From Nitrospirota bacterium (lineage in GTDB: Bacteria; Nitrospirota; UBA9217), in assembly GCA_963818475.1 (NCBI GenBank), contig CAWFSF010000006.1:288001-352000 (forward strand): DNA of 64,000 bases, read 5' to 3'. This document shows, one piece after another, positions 1 through 9,834 of the stretch. The notes beneath the pieces were generated by a model that ran no database searches, was not told where the DNA came from, and worked only from the letters and a program-made list of their open reading frames with translations. Numbering within the stretch: the first letter of the stretch is position 1; every line of letters begins with the position of its first letter. The position numbers and the translations under genes were made by a program.

Positions 1-200
1 GCACGTGCAAAATAGGCGTATGCTCACCAAAGGTGATGGAGACATGGGGGAATATTCAGAAAAGCAACATTTGCGACTATTTTATCGGATACCCCCTTTC
101 CGTGAGTGCTGTAGATATTTAAAAATTTCCGACATATAGTAAAAAAAGTTAAAACAAGAATAAAATGTTTATTTCTCCCTGCAGGAAAGGCTGACTGATT

Positions 201-1385
201 ATGCCGAAAAACCAAAACTATACGAGACCTCTTCTTGGTCAGATATTGCTTGATGGCGGTTTTCTGTCCGTGCAAGACCTGAAACGGTCATTAGAGGAAC
301 AGGTGAGGACGGGCGAGCTCTTGGGCCAGGTGCTGGTCAGAATAGGTATCCTTGATGAAGCGGACATCAAGGCGGCTCTTTCGGTACAACCAAACCTCGG
401 CGGCCTGGAGGACGCTGTCAGGATCGCTGCGGGAGACCGCCGGAAACTGGGTGAGTTGCTTGTTCAATCCGGGCGCATAACGGACAACCAGCTTGAGCAA
501 GCTCTTGCCGAACGAAAAAGAAGCGGCGAAAAGCTGGGTGAAGTTTTTGTACGTCTCGGCGTGCTCACAGAGCTACAGCTTATCGGTCTTCTCGATTTCC
601 AGCGTATCCAGGGCAGGGGGAGCCCCTCTTCCGGCCCGCTCAGGCTCGGTGAACTACTTGTGTCCACAGGCTGCATCTCACGCCTTCAGCTTGATGAGGC
701 GCTCCGAAAACAGACGACCTTCCGGAAATACCTCGGAGAAGTGCTGATCGAAGAGGGCTATGCACAGCCCAAACATGTAAAACGGGGCCTGCGCTTGCAG
801 CAGATGCTTCTGACGGCAGTGCTGGTTTCGCTATTGTCGGCCTGCGGCGGCGACAGGATTGTCGATAACGCTGCCACTTCGAATCCTACGACAACCGAGG
901 AACCGGCCACTTCCGATTCTTCCAACTATTTTGAAATCATCAGCAATGACTACACTGTACTGAAACCCAATTTCTATTACTCCACAAACAATGAAGAATT
1001 CTGGTCGATTCAGGCCGCAGTGGCGCAGGACGTCTGGGACGCGGAGTACAAGTGCGTTGTCAGAATAGATGTTAAAAAATCGGCTAGCGGTGAAATGCCG
1101 GCCATCAACAAAACGTTTTCAATTGAAAATAATCCGCTTTATGAACAATTCCCGGGCGAATTTCTCGTGTTTAATGGAGAAAGATCGGTCAATAAAAAAG
1201 TGGAACAGGGTATTCTCACTTTTACGCCGGATTCAACTGCCTCCGGCGTTGTTCGCGCATCATTTGAGGTGACCGTGACCGATTTTGATTCAACTATCAT
1301 ACCTCCTCCCCAGTATCATCTCACGGGGAGTTTCAGGTTCAAGATGGGGACCTATGGACCTGCGAGCCCCTTGCCGGCTCTGTAA
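201..1385 (+). CDS. Tandem MshEN-like (c-di-GMP-binding) repeat protein with internal lipobox and predicted extracytoplasmic C-terminal domain
   Basis: Six motifs resembling RLGxxLxxxGxIxxxxLxxALxxQ in aa 8-200, then hydrophobic MLLTAVLVSLLSA-C-GG, then a Ser/Thr-rich linker. Confidence 0.75.
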   Translation: MPKNQNYTRPLLGQILLDGGFLSVQDLKRSLEEQVRTGELLGQVLVRIGILDEADIKAALSVQPNLGGLEDAVRIAAGDRRKLGELLVQSGRITDNQLEQALAERKRSGEKLGEVFVRLGVLTELQLIGLLDFQRIQGRGSPSSGPLRLGELLVSTGCISRLQLDEALRKQTTFRKYLGEVLIEEGYAQPKHVKRGLRLQQMLLTAVLVSLLSACGGDRIVDNAATSNPTTTEEPATSDSSNYFEIISNDYTVLKPNFYYSTNNEEFWSIQAAVAQDVWDAEYKCVVRIDVKKSASGEMPAINKTFSIENNPLYEQFPGEFLVFNGERSVNKKVEQGILTFTPDSTASGVVRASFEVTVTDFDSTIIPPPQYHLTGSFRFKMGTYGPASPLPAL

Positions 1386-1443
1386 AGATTGAAGCAAAGA
1401 ACCATCGCAAGTGACGTCGAGAGCGGTTACGTTGATTCGCGGA

Positions 1444-1497
1444 GACTATTGGGGTCAGACTTTAAAATTGACATTCTGGCTTTTCTCGGAGAGCTAC
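1444..1497. repeat. Direct repeat copy 1 (GACTATTGGGGTCAGACTTTAAAATTGACATTCTGGCT..GGAGAGCTAC)
   Basis: Near-identical to 2909-2962. Confidence 0.9.
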
Positions 1498-1612
1498 GGA
1501 GATCTAGAGGGTCGGTCTGCTTTCTTACCATTCGGACTCTTTAGAAAATGGACTTAATCGGGATGGATACGCCGCACTATGAATCCTCGCCCACCAGGAA
1601 AGGACCGCTACA

Positions 1613-2241
1613 GTGTCCCTTGAATTCTGGCTCCTCTACGCTGTCACCGTATTCCTCGCCTCGATCAGCCCCGGCCCCAGCATGTTGCTTGCCCTGACGC
1701 ACGGCATGAAGTACGGTACGCGGCGGACCATAGCGACGGCGGCAGGCAACGTCATCGCCTCGCTGCTCCAGGCGGCGGTGTCCATCGCAGGTCTGGGCGC
1801 AATCCTTACCCTGTCTGAAGGTGTGTTCTCGGTCATCCGGTGGCTGGGGGCGGGTTACCTCATTTACCTCGGCATCGTCACGTGGCGGTCTTCCTCGCTC
1901 TTGCAGGCCGGAGAGGAGGGTGGCGCACCGTCCCGATGCTGACGCTCCGCGCCATGTTCCTCCGGTCGTTCCTCGTTGCAGCGGGGAACCCGAAGGCGAT
2001 CATCTTCTTTACGGCGCTCTTCCCCCAGATCGTCGGCAGCGGCGTGCGGCGGCTTTCCGAGGTCTCGATCCTGCTTGCGACCCTGGCGCTCATCGCCTTC
2101 TTCTGCTTCATGCTCTACGCAACGGCGGGTCAGCGCATCCTTGCGCTCTTCTCCCGGCAGGCCAGCGGCCAGAACCTGAACCGGATCGCCGGCGGCGCCT
2201 TTATCGGGGCCGGTATCGGGCTCGCCGTAAGCAGGCGATGA
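1613..2241 (+). CDS. LysE/RhtB family amino-acid exporter (one frameshift near 1935)
   Basis: ISPGPSMLL..HG..YG motif in ORF 1613-1942 and NPKAIIFFTALFPQ in ORF 1840-2241. Confidence 0.85.
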
Positions 2242-2295
2242 GAGGTGTGAGGGGTGAAGGGTGAATGGTGAAGGAGAGAGGGGAGAGGATGCTGC

Positions 2296-2688
2296 ATGAC
2301 TGACGAGCAAAAAAAAGGCGTTCATGGTTCTGAACGACGATGGGAAGAACGACATCCGGTCCCCGCTGTTTATCAGCGTGAAATCAATTTGAAAGTAAAA
2401 ATAGACAATGTCTTCGTTCCCGTCATTCTTCATAACTTCAGCAACAGTGGTGTTCTCTTCGAAAGCCAGATGCCGTGCGAAATGGGAGCGTCTGCCGACT
2501 GCGTTATTTCCATACCCCGGTCGCTTTCACGAGAGCTCGCGTTCGCTATTCGGGTGAAACACTGTCAGAAAAAACACACTGCCTTCTTTGTCGGTGCGGT
2601 GATCGAGGCGCCGGTGGATGCGACCTGGTTTAATATTTTCAGGGAGGTTCACGATTTTATCATGCAGCGGCAGGGCGAAGTATATTAA
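2296..2688 (+). CDS. PilZ-domain protein
   Basis: ERRWEER (RxxxR) followed by NFSNSG (NxSxxG). Confidence 0.75.
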   Translation: MTDEQKKGVHGSERRWEERHPVPAVYQREINLKVKIDNVFVPVILHNFSNSGVLFESQMPCEMGASADCVISIPRSLSRELAFAIRVKHCQKKHTAFFVGAVIEAPVDATWFNIFREVHDFIMQRQGEVY

Positions 2689-2908
2689 AATAGCGCATCA
2701 GAACGCGGTTCTTTCGGATCGTCCTTTCCAAGTTCAGTTCTCAATAAAAATCCTTCCTTCTTCAAATTATTAGAACCGGGAACCATAGGGTCACGTCTTT
2801 TATTTTGGTGTTCGGAACATAGTGGCCGTCCAGGGCCGTCCAGGGTCTGACATGAATCTATAGTTGTTTCCTTCGCATATATCACAAATCGAGATACCCC
2901 ACACTAGG

Positions 2909-2962
2909 GACTATTGGGGTCAGACTTTAAAATTGACATTCTGGCTCTTCTCGGAGAGCTAC
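2909..2962. repeat. Direct repeat copy 2 of 1444-1497
   Basis: Sequence identity seen by eye, one substitution. Confidence 0.9.
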
Positions 2963-3052
2963 TGCGATCGGACCCAATAGGGTCAGGGCCTTTGTTATGG
3001 TGTCGACCCCCAAAAAGCAGTAGTATGCCGTAACAGAAAATTGACTTTTATT

Positions 3053-3131
3053 GGGATGGATACCCCGCACTGTGAATCCTCGCCCACCAGGAAAGGATCG
3101 CTACCATGTCCCTTGAATTCTGGCTCCTCTA
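3053..3131 (+). repeat. Second copy of lysE leader and first 8 codons (MSLEFWLL*)
   Basis: Matches 1560-1638 with few substitutions; ATG instead of GTG. Confidence 0.9.
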
Positions 3132-3222
3132 GACGGCGGGGTTCAGGGTCCGGGGTCCAGGGCATGGCGGACGTATGCCCATGATGAACCCGTAAGCCGC
3201 GATAAGGCGGGCCTCGCAGCTT

Positions 3223-3528
3223 TTACACGATGTCGTCGAGCTGACGTGATCCATGAAGAACACGGTGTATTTCGACGAGGGGACCCCGTACCTTATAGAA
3301 AACGAGATAGGCGTCAATGACGAGCACACGATAGCCGGAGGCCTGAAGTTTATCGTGTTTCGGGATGCGGCCGAGAAAAGGGTGCGTTGCAAGACGGGCG
3401 ATTCGCTTGTCAAATTTATCCGTAAAGGAAGCGGCTCGTGCAGGACTGTCTGCGGCGATCCAGTCCGAGATGGAGAGAAGATCGTCAACGGCAATGGGAA
3501 GATAGCGGATACGGTATTTATCCGGCAT
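3223..3528 (-). CDS. RelE/ParE family toxin
   Basis: 101 aa; YRIRYLPIAVDDL..I..D.P..A, YLVFY, IHRVLHGSR; overlaps the antitoxin gene. Confidence 0.85.
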   Translation of the reverse strand: MPDKYRIRYLPIAVDDLLSISDWIAADSPARAASFTDKFDKRIARLATHPFLGRIPKHDKLQASGYRVLVIDAYLVFYKVRGPLVEIHRVLHGSRQLDDIV

Positions 3529-3787
3529 GGCTGCGCTGCCGAAGTTTCTGCATCATCTGTGCATGGGTAATGCCCTTTTCTCCTGACGCGGCCTGCGACT
3601 GGGCCACGGCAAGCTTTTCGAAAAGGTCTATCCTGGCGTTCAGCTTTTCAAAGTGTTCAATGCTCATGACGACCAGGTCGCCCTCTCCATTGGTGGTGAG
3701 GTAGACCGGTTCATCCTGGTCATGGCAGATTGATGCAATCTCGCGTGTTTTGTTGCGAAGGCTTGATATGGGTTTAATGATCGGCAT
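3518..3787 (-). CDS. Phd/YefM family antitoxin
   Basis: IKPISSLRN..EI...EPVYLTTNGEGDLVVMS. Confidence 0.85.
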   Translation of the reverse strand: MPIIKPISSLRNKTREIASICHDQDEPVYLTTNGEGDLVVMSIEHFEKLNARIDLFEKLAVAQSQAASGEKGITHAQMMQKLRQRSHAG

Positions 3788-3990
3788 GATTATCTCCTTG
3801 AATGGTTTTTATGCTATCACCATATAATGATAAAATCAAGAGTAAATATTGAGTAGTTCTTCGTTGGGTTATTCTACCTACTTTCCGACTACCATGGTTG
3901 CCATGAAACTGTCCTGCACAACGCGAAGATCGACAAAGCAGGCGTAAACTGATTCGGCCGCAATTGTCCAATAACGCTGGAACAGCAGAA

Positions 3991-4087
3991 CCTCGCTCAC
4001 CAGGAAAGGATCGCCGCCATGTCCCTTGAATTCTGGCTCCTCTACGCAGTCACCGTCTTCCTCGCCTCGATCAGCCCCGGTCCCAGC
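3991..4087 (+). repeat. Third copy of lysE leader and first 23 codons
   Basis: ATG at 4019 gives MSLEFWLLYAVTVFLASISPGPS then W*; synonymous differences from 1613-1681. Confidence 0.9.
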
Positions 4088-4142
4088 TGGTAAATCACTG
4101 TCGGTTCCGCATTGCCGAGAACATGAGAATACATGATCGATC

Positions 4143-4168
4143 AGGGGCTTTCGGGTCCCTTTTTTTAT
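4143..4168. terminator. Probable intrinsic terminator
   Basis: AGGGGC-TTTCGG-GTCCCT hairpin followed by a T-run. Confidence 0.55.
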
Positions 4169-4211
4169 TCTGTGGTTGTGTGCGGGAGGGGTCGGAAAAA
4201 ACAGGATAAGG

Positions 4212-5456
4212 CTATCCCTCAGTGCTGCGTTTCAGCACGAGTGCGGCATTGATCCCGCCGAAGCCGAGGGAATTGGAAAGAGCCGCGTTGACAACCTTCT
4301 TTCTGGCGGTGTTCGGCACAAAGTCCAGGTCGCAATCGGGGTCCCGGTGCTCAAGATTGATGGTTGGAGGAATGGTGCCGTTTTGAATTGCGAGGCAGGT
4401 GATCGCAGCCTCGACCGCTCCTGCGGCTCCGAGCATATGGCCCAGCATTGATTTCGACGAGCTCACTGCAAGCTGACCGGCGTGGCTGCCAAAGGCCTTT
4501 TTGATGGCGATCGTTTCGATGCGGTCGTTGGCCTCGGTGGAGGTGCCGTGGGCATTGATATAGTCAATGTCATGAGGCTCCATGCCCGCATCAGCGATCG
4601 CAAGCTGCATGGCACGGACGGGCCCAGCGCCGTCCGGAGCAGGCCGCGTATAATGGTACGCATCGGATGACAGGCCGTATCCGGCGAGCTCCGCATAGAT
4701 CCGGGCCCCGCGTTTCAGCGCATGTTCCCGTTCCTCAAGCACCAGCACTCCGGCTCCTTCGGCAAGAACGAATCCGTCGCGGTCCCGGTCAAAGGGGCGG
4801 CTGGCCTTCGTTGGTTCGTCGTTGCGTTCCGACAAAGCCCGGGCCTGGCAGAAACCGGCCAGGATGAGCGGCGTGAGCGCTGCCTCGGCGCCGCCGGCCA
4901 TCATGACGTCCGCATCACCCCGTTGAATGATCTTCATGGCCTCGCCGATGGAGTGGGTGCCCGTGGCGCAGGCGGTCGAAACATCGAGGCAGGGTCCTTG
5001 CGCCCCGAGCTTCATGGCAACGTAGCCGGATGCCATGTTCACGAGCGACATGGGCGTATAGAAAGGGGACACTGCTTTCGGCCCCCGGGAGAGAAAGAGC
5101 GCCATGTTCTTCTCAGACGTTGTCACGCCGCCGCGGCCCGAACCGATCAGCACACCGGTGCGGAGTGCGAGGGTTGGATATAGAGAGAGGCCTGCATCTT
5201 CCTGCGCCATCAATGCAGCCGCCACAGCGTACTGGATAACAGGATCGGTCTTCCGGGCCTCCTTCGGGCCGAGATACCGATGCGGTTCGAATCCCTTCAC
5301 TTCTCCGGCGATGCGACAGGGAAAAGCCGAGGCGTCGAACCGTGTTATCAATCCGATGCCGGACATGGCCTTGATGAGCGCGTCCCAGGTCGTTCTCATA
5401 TCGTTCCCGAGGGGCGTCACCGCACCCAGGCCGGTAATAACCACGCGAATGTTCAT
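4212..5456 (-). CDS. fabF: Beta-ketoacyl-ACP synthase II
   Basis: RVVITGLG, TACATG (catalytic Cys), INAHGTST, KSMLGHMLGAAG, NSLGFGG. Confidence 0.95.
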   Translation of the reverse strand: MNIRVVITGLGAVTPLGNDMRTTWDALIKAMSGIGLITRFDASAFPCRIAGEVKGFEPHRYLGPKEARKTDPVIQYAVAAALMAQEDAGLSLYPTLALRTGVLIGSGRGGVTTSEKNMALFLSRGPKAVSPFYTPMSLVNMASGYVAMKLGAQGPCLDVSTACATGTHSIGEAMKIIQRGDADVMMAGGAEAALTPLILAGFCQARALSERNDEPTKASRPFDRDRDGFVLAEGAGVLVLEEREHALKRGARIYAELAGYGLSSDAYHYTRPAPDGAGPVRAMQLAIADAGMEPHDIDYINAHGTSTEANDRIETIAIKKAFGSHAGQLAVSSSKSMLGHMLGAAGAVEAAITCLAIQNGTIPPTINLEHRDPDCDLDFVPNTARKKVVNAALSNSLGFGGINAALVLKRSTEG

Positions 5457-5656
5457 GGCGCGCAGTATACGGTTTTTGCGCGGCTTTGTCAAAAAACCTT
5501 AGTTTTCCTCAGGCTGCGACCGTCTCCATTTTTACATGATACCCCTTCATTTATTGTTCATTCCGTTGCGTTCACCCCTTTGCGTTTGACTTCAGGCCTA
5601 ATTATGTTATAGTTAACTGTGATTTGATCAAAATCTTTTATGGAAGGGAGCTTGAG

Positions 5657-6662
5657 ATGACCAGAAAAGACCTGACCGCATTGACGGTGACCGGACTCAA
5701 AGCCCTCGCCAGGAAGAAAAAGATCGCATTGACCACAGGCGCAAAAAAGGCTGATCTGATCGAGGCGCTTCTCAAGGCAGCCGGCGCTGGAAAAAGTACG
5801 AAAGCAGCCGGATCCGCCCAACTGAAAAAGGCAACTGCAAAAAAGCCGGGCGCAAAAAAGGCCGCTCCCAAAAAAGCAGCAGCGAAAAAAACGGTCTCTT
5901 CCGAAAAGAAAACCTCACCCAAAAAAGCCGCAGTTGCCAAGACGCCAAAGAAGAAGGCAGCAGCAAAAAAAACAGCAACGACGAAGACGGCAGCATCAAA
6001 GTCCGCACCTGTCAAAGCATCACGCCGCACCTGGGTCGGTACCGAAAAGCGTTAAGGAATTGCGGTCCCAGGAGAAGGTTTCCGACGCAAAATTTTATAC
6101 CGGTCCCGAGGTCGATCATGCTGCATTGCGCTCCTCGGACAAGCTTCCGGCGGGATATGACGAGGACCGGATCACGCTCATGGCGCGCGACCCCTCATTG
6201 ACCTATGCCTACTGGGAGGCGACGCCGGAACGGCTCGAGAAGGAGCGATCATGGTTCGGCATGGGATCCGAACTGGTCGTCCGGATCTACGATGTCACGG
6301 GTGTGCAGTTCGATGGCCGGAACGCTGTCGGCTACTTTGATCAGGATGTCGCCGAACCAACCGGCAGCTGGTACTTCGAGACCGGGAGGCCGGGCCATTC
6401 GTTCTGCGCCGACCTGGGGATCCGCTCGCCTGAAGGACGGTTCCTGACGCTGGCGCGCTCCAATTACATCACCATGCCGCGCGAAGGAGTATCGGATGTC
6501 ATCGACGAGGAGTGGATGCTCGCTGATGAGGAATTCTGGCAGCTCTACGGCTTTCCTGACGGCATTTCTTCACCCCAGGTGCAGGAGCTCTGGCGCCGAA
6601 GGCATCAGCAGGAGATATCATCGCCCGGGCTGTTCTCGCGTGCAAAGGGGAAAAACAAGTAA
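5657..6662 (+). CDS. Rho-N-like / Lys-Ala-rich / DUF4912 domain protein (frameshift near 6030)
   Basis: N-terminal L..LTV..LK.LA..K.DLI helix pair and KKAA repeats; C-terminal LP.GY.EDRI.LMARDP..YAYWE..LARSN. Confidence 0.75.
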
Positions 6663-6710
6663 TATGCTGCTGGTACCGGTTTAACGGCGGTTTTAGAAAG
6701 TAAGGAACGC

Positions 6711-6747
6711 AAAAGTCCATCCGGCAAAAAGGATGGGCTTTTTTTTG
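6711..6747 (+). terminator. Possible intrinsic terminator
   Basis: AAAAGTCCATCC..GGATGGGCTTTTTTTT hairpin with T-run. Confidence 0.5.
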
Positions 6748-6765
6748 GGGACGGCAGGCGAGTAT

Positions 6766-8400
6766 ATGCAGGTTGCTGACAAGGCTTCACCTGAGGCACA
6801 CTCCGGGCACGGAACGGGACAAGAAAAGGGCTATCTGGCGCTGGTGCTCCATGGCCATTTGCCGTTCGTGCGCCATCCCGAGTATGAGCAGTTCCTTGAA
6901 GAGGACTGGTTGTTCGAGGCGATCACCGAGACCTATATTCCGCTGCTGCGTGTCTTTGACGGACTGGTCAGGGACCAGGTTGATTTCCGCCTGTGCATGA
7001 GCCTGACGCCGACCCTGGTCTCGATGCTCACTGACCCGCTGTTGCAGGACCGGTTTGTGCTGCATATCAGTAAATTGATAACGCTGTCCGAACGCGAGGT
7101 GCAACGGACCGCGGGGCAGCCGGCCTTTCATGACCTCGCCTGCATGTACCAGGACCTGTTCCGCGAGACGCGCGAGCTCTTCGTCACGACCTACCGCGGC
7201 GACCTGGTGAGCGCTTTTAAAAAGTTTCAGGACCTGGGAAAGCTCGAGATCATCACCTGTGCGGCGACGCACGCCTTCCTGCCGCTCATGCCGAACCAGC
7301 GGGCGGTGCGGGCGCAGATCATGACGGCCGTGGAATTCCATGCCAGGCACTTCGGCAGGGAACCCCGCGGCATCTGGCTTCCTGAATGCGGATACTATGA
7401 GGGGCTCGACACCATCCTGGCCGAAGCGGGCCTCCGGTACTTCTTCACCGACTCCCACGGCATCTTCCACGCCACTCCCCGTCCCCGCTACGGCGTGTAT
7501 GCGCCGATCTTCTGCCCCTCAGGCGTGGCTGCTTTCGGCAGGGACCTTGAATCTTCCAAGCAGGTCTGGAGTTCTGTCGAGGGGTACCCGGGAGACTACG
7601 ATTACCGCGACTTCTACCGGGATGCGGGCTTTGATCTGGACTATGACACGGTTCGTCCTTTTCTCCATCCCGACGGCGCGCGGGTGAGCCTCGGCATAAA
7701 ATACCATCGGATCACGGGGCCTACGGACAAAAAAGCCCCCTACGTCCGGTCCCGGGCGCTCAGGAAGGTGGCCGAGCACGCCGGAAACTTTCTCCAGAGC
7801 AGGATGGAGCAGGTCCATTGGTTGGCGGGACTTTTTGACGACCGCAAGCCGCTCATGGTGGCGCCTTATGACGCCGAGCTTTTCGGACATTGGTGGTTCG
7901 AGGGGCCTGACTGGCTCGACGCACTTCTTCGGAAGATCGCCAGTGACCAGGAGACCCTGTGCCTGATCACGCCGGGCGAGTATTTGCAGGAGTATCCGCG
8001 CTGCCAGGCCGCGACGCCGTCGCCGTCGAGCTGGGGCCAGGAAGGGTATGCCGCGGTCTGGCTCGACCGCTCGAACGACTGGATCTACCGGCATCTGCAT
8101 ATGGCTGCCGACCGGATGGTGGAGCTTGCGCAGACCTACCCCGATGCCGACGGCCTGCTGGGGCGGGCGCTCAAACAGGCGGCCCGGGAGCTTATGCTGG
8201 CCCAGAGTTCTGATTGGGCGTTCATCATGAAGACCGGAAGCCATGCAGAGTATGCGGTCAAGCGGACCAACGACCACATTCTCAGGTTCACCCGGTTATT
8301 TAACGATATCCGGGGAAATACTGTTGACGAAGGCTGGCTTCGCACTATAGAATACGCAGACAATATCTTTCCGGACATTGATTACGGCCACTATGCTTAA
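6766..8400 (+). CDS. GH57 family 1,4-alpha-glucan branching enzyme (DUF1957)
   Basis: LVLHGHLPFVRHP, EAITETYIPL, GIWLPECGY, PYDAELFGHWWFEG, LAQSSDWAF. Confidence 0.93.
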   Translation: MQVADKASPEAHSGHGTGQEKGYLALVLHGHLPFVRHPEYEQFLEEDWLFEAITETYIPLLRVFDGLVRDQVDFRLCMSLTPTLVSMLTDPLLQDRFVLHISKLITLSEREVQRTAGQPAFHDLACMYQDLFRETRELFVTTYRGDLVSAFKKFQDLGKLEIITCAATHAFLPLMPNQRAVRAQIMTAVEFHARHFGREPRGIWLPECGYYEGLDTILAEAGLRYFFTDSHGIFHATPRPRYGVYAPIFCPSGVAAFGRDLESSKQVWSSVEGYPGDYDYRDFYRDAGFDLDYDTVRPFLHPDGARVSLGIKYHRITGPTDKKAPYVRSRALRKVAEHAGNFLQSRMEQVHWLAGLFDDRKPLMVAPYDAELFGHWWFEGPDWLDALLRKIASDQETLCLITPGEYLQEYPRCQAATPSPSSWGQEGYAAVWLDRSNDWIYRHLHMAADRMVELAQTYPDADGLLGRALKQAARELMLAQSSDWAFIMKTGSHAEYAVKRTNDHILRFTRLFNDIRGNTVDEGWLRTIEYADNIFPDIDYGHYA

Positions 8401-9771
8401 ACCATCCATTATCAAAGAACTGAAGAACATCGTCGGGCCCGGCACCTCTACACGGTTGCCGAGGAGCTGGTCGCCTATTCCTACGATGCGACGCGCAAAG
8501 AAGCGCTGCCCTGGGCTGTTGCGCGGCCGTCCTCAACGGAGGAGGTCGCCGCGATCCTGCTGCTGGCGAACCGCGAAGGCTTTCCCGTGGTCCCGCGCGG
8601 GGCAGGCACGGGCATGTCAGGCGGCTCCGTTCCGGTGCAGGGCGGCGTGGTCCTGTCCCTGGAGCGCATGAACCGCATCCTCGAGGTCGATGAACAGGAC
8701 CTCCTGGCCGTGGTCGAGCCCGGGGTCATCACCGGCGAGCTGCAGCGCGTTGTCGAGGCGCGCGGGCTGTTCTATCCGCCCGACCCGGCCAGCCACGCGG
8801 TCTGCACCATCGGCGGGAACGTTGCGGAGTGCGCCGGGGGCTTACGGGCCGTCAAGTACGGCGTTACCAAGGATTATGTGCTGGGGCTCGAGGTGGTGCT
8901 TCCTACGGGCGAAATCATTAAAACCGGCGCGCGCACGGCCAAGAGTGTTGCCGGGTATGACCTTACGAAGCTCATCGTCGGTTCCGAAGGCACGCTCGGC
9001 GTGGCAACGAAGATCATCTTGAAGCTGCTCCCGCTGCCGGAAAGCGTGCTGACCCTGTCGGCGTTCTTTCCCGATATCGATTCCGCCGCGCGGGCCGCAA
9101 GCGGCATCATCAGGGAGCGGGTCCTGCCGCGGGCGCTGGAACTGGTGGACCGCGCATCGCTCCGTGCTGCGGAGCAGTATCTCAAGGAAGACCTGTCCGG
9201 CGGCGCGGCAGCCATGCTGCTGATCGAGGTTGACGGGACCGTTGGATCAGCTGCGCACGAGATGGACCGCGTGACCTCCGTCGTCTCCCGATGCAATGCC
9301 TCGCGGATAGAGCAGGCGCGCGACGATGGTGAGCGCGAACGGCTCTGGAAGCTGCGGCGCTCCATCTCTCCGGCGCTCTACACGATCAAGCCGCGGAAGT
9401 TGAACGAGGACATCGTCGTGCCCCGGAGCAGGATTCCCGATATTCTGCGGGAGATCGAGGCGATCGCGGCCCGGCACGGCCTCCTGATCGCGAACTTCGG
9501 ACATGCCGGCGACGGGAACATCCACACCAATATCATGGTCGATGACGCGGACCTGCCGAAGGCCGAGATCGCGGTGAAGGAGATCTTCGCCGCCACGCTG
9601 CGCATGGACGGCAGCATCTCCGGCGAGCACGGCATCGGTTTGTCGAAAGCTGCCTATCTGCCGATGGAGGTCTCACCGGCGGCGCTCACTGCCATGAAGA
9701 GGATCAAGCAGGCGCTCGACCCGAAGAACATCCTGAACCCCGGGAAGATCTTTTTGGAGGATAAGACGTAA
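8393..9771 (+). CDS. glcD: FAD-linked oxidase, glycolate/D-lactate dehydrogenase GlcD-like (frameshift near 8440)
   Basis: PRGAGTG.SGG, YPPDPAS, GHAGDGNIH, SGEHGIG, DPKNILNPGK. Confidence 0.88.
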
Positions 9772-9834
9772 ATTGGAAGCATCTGTATCGAAGTTGATTC
9801 AGAGGTACTGACGCGGATTGAAGGACAGAATGTC

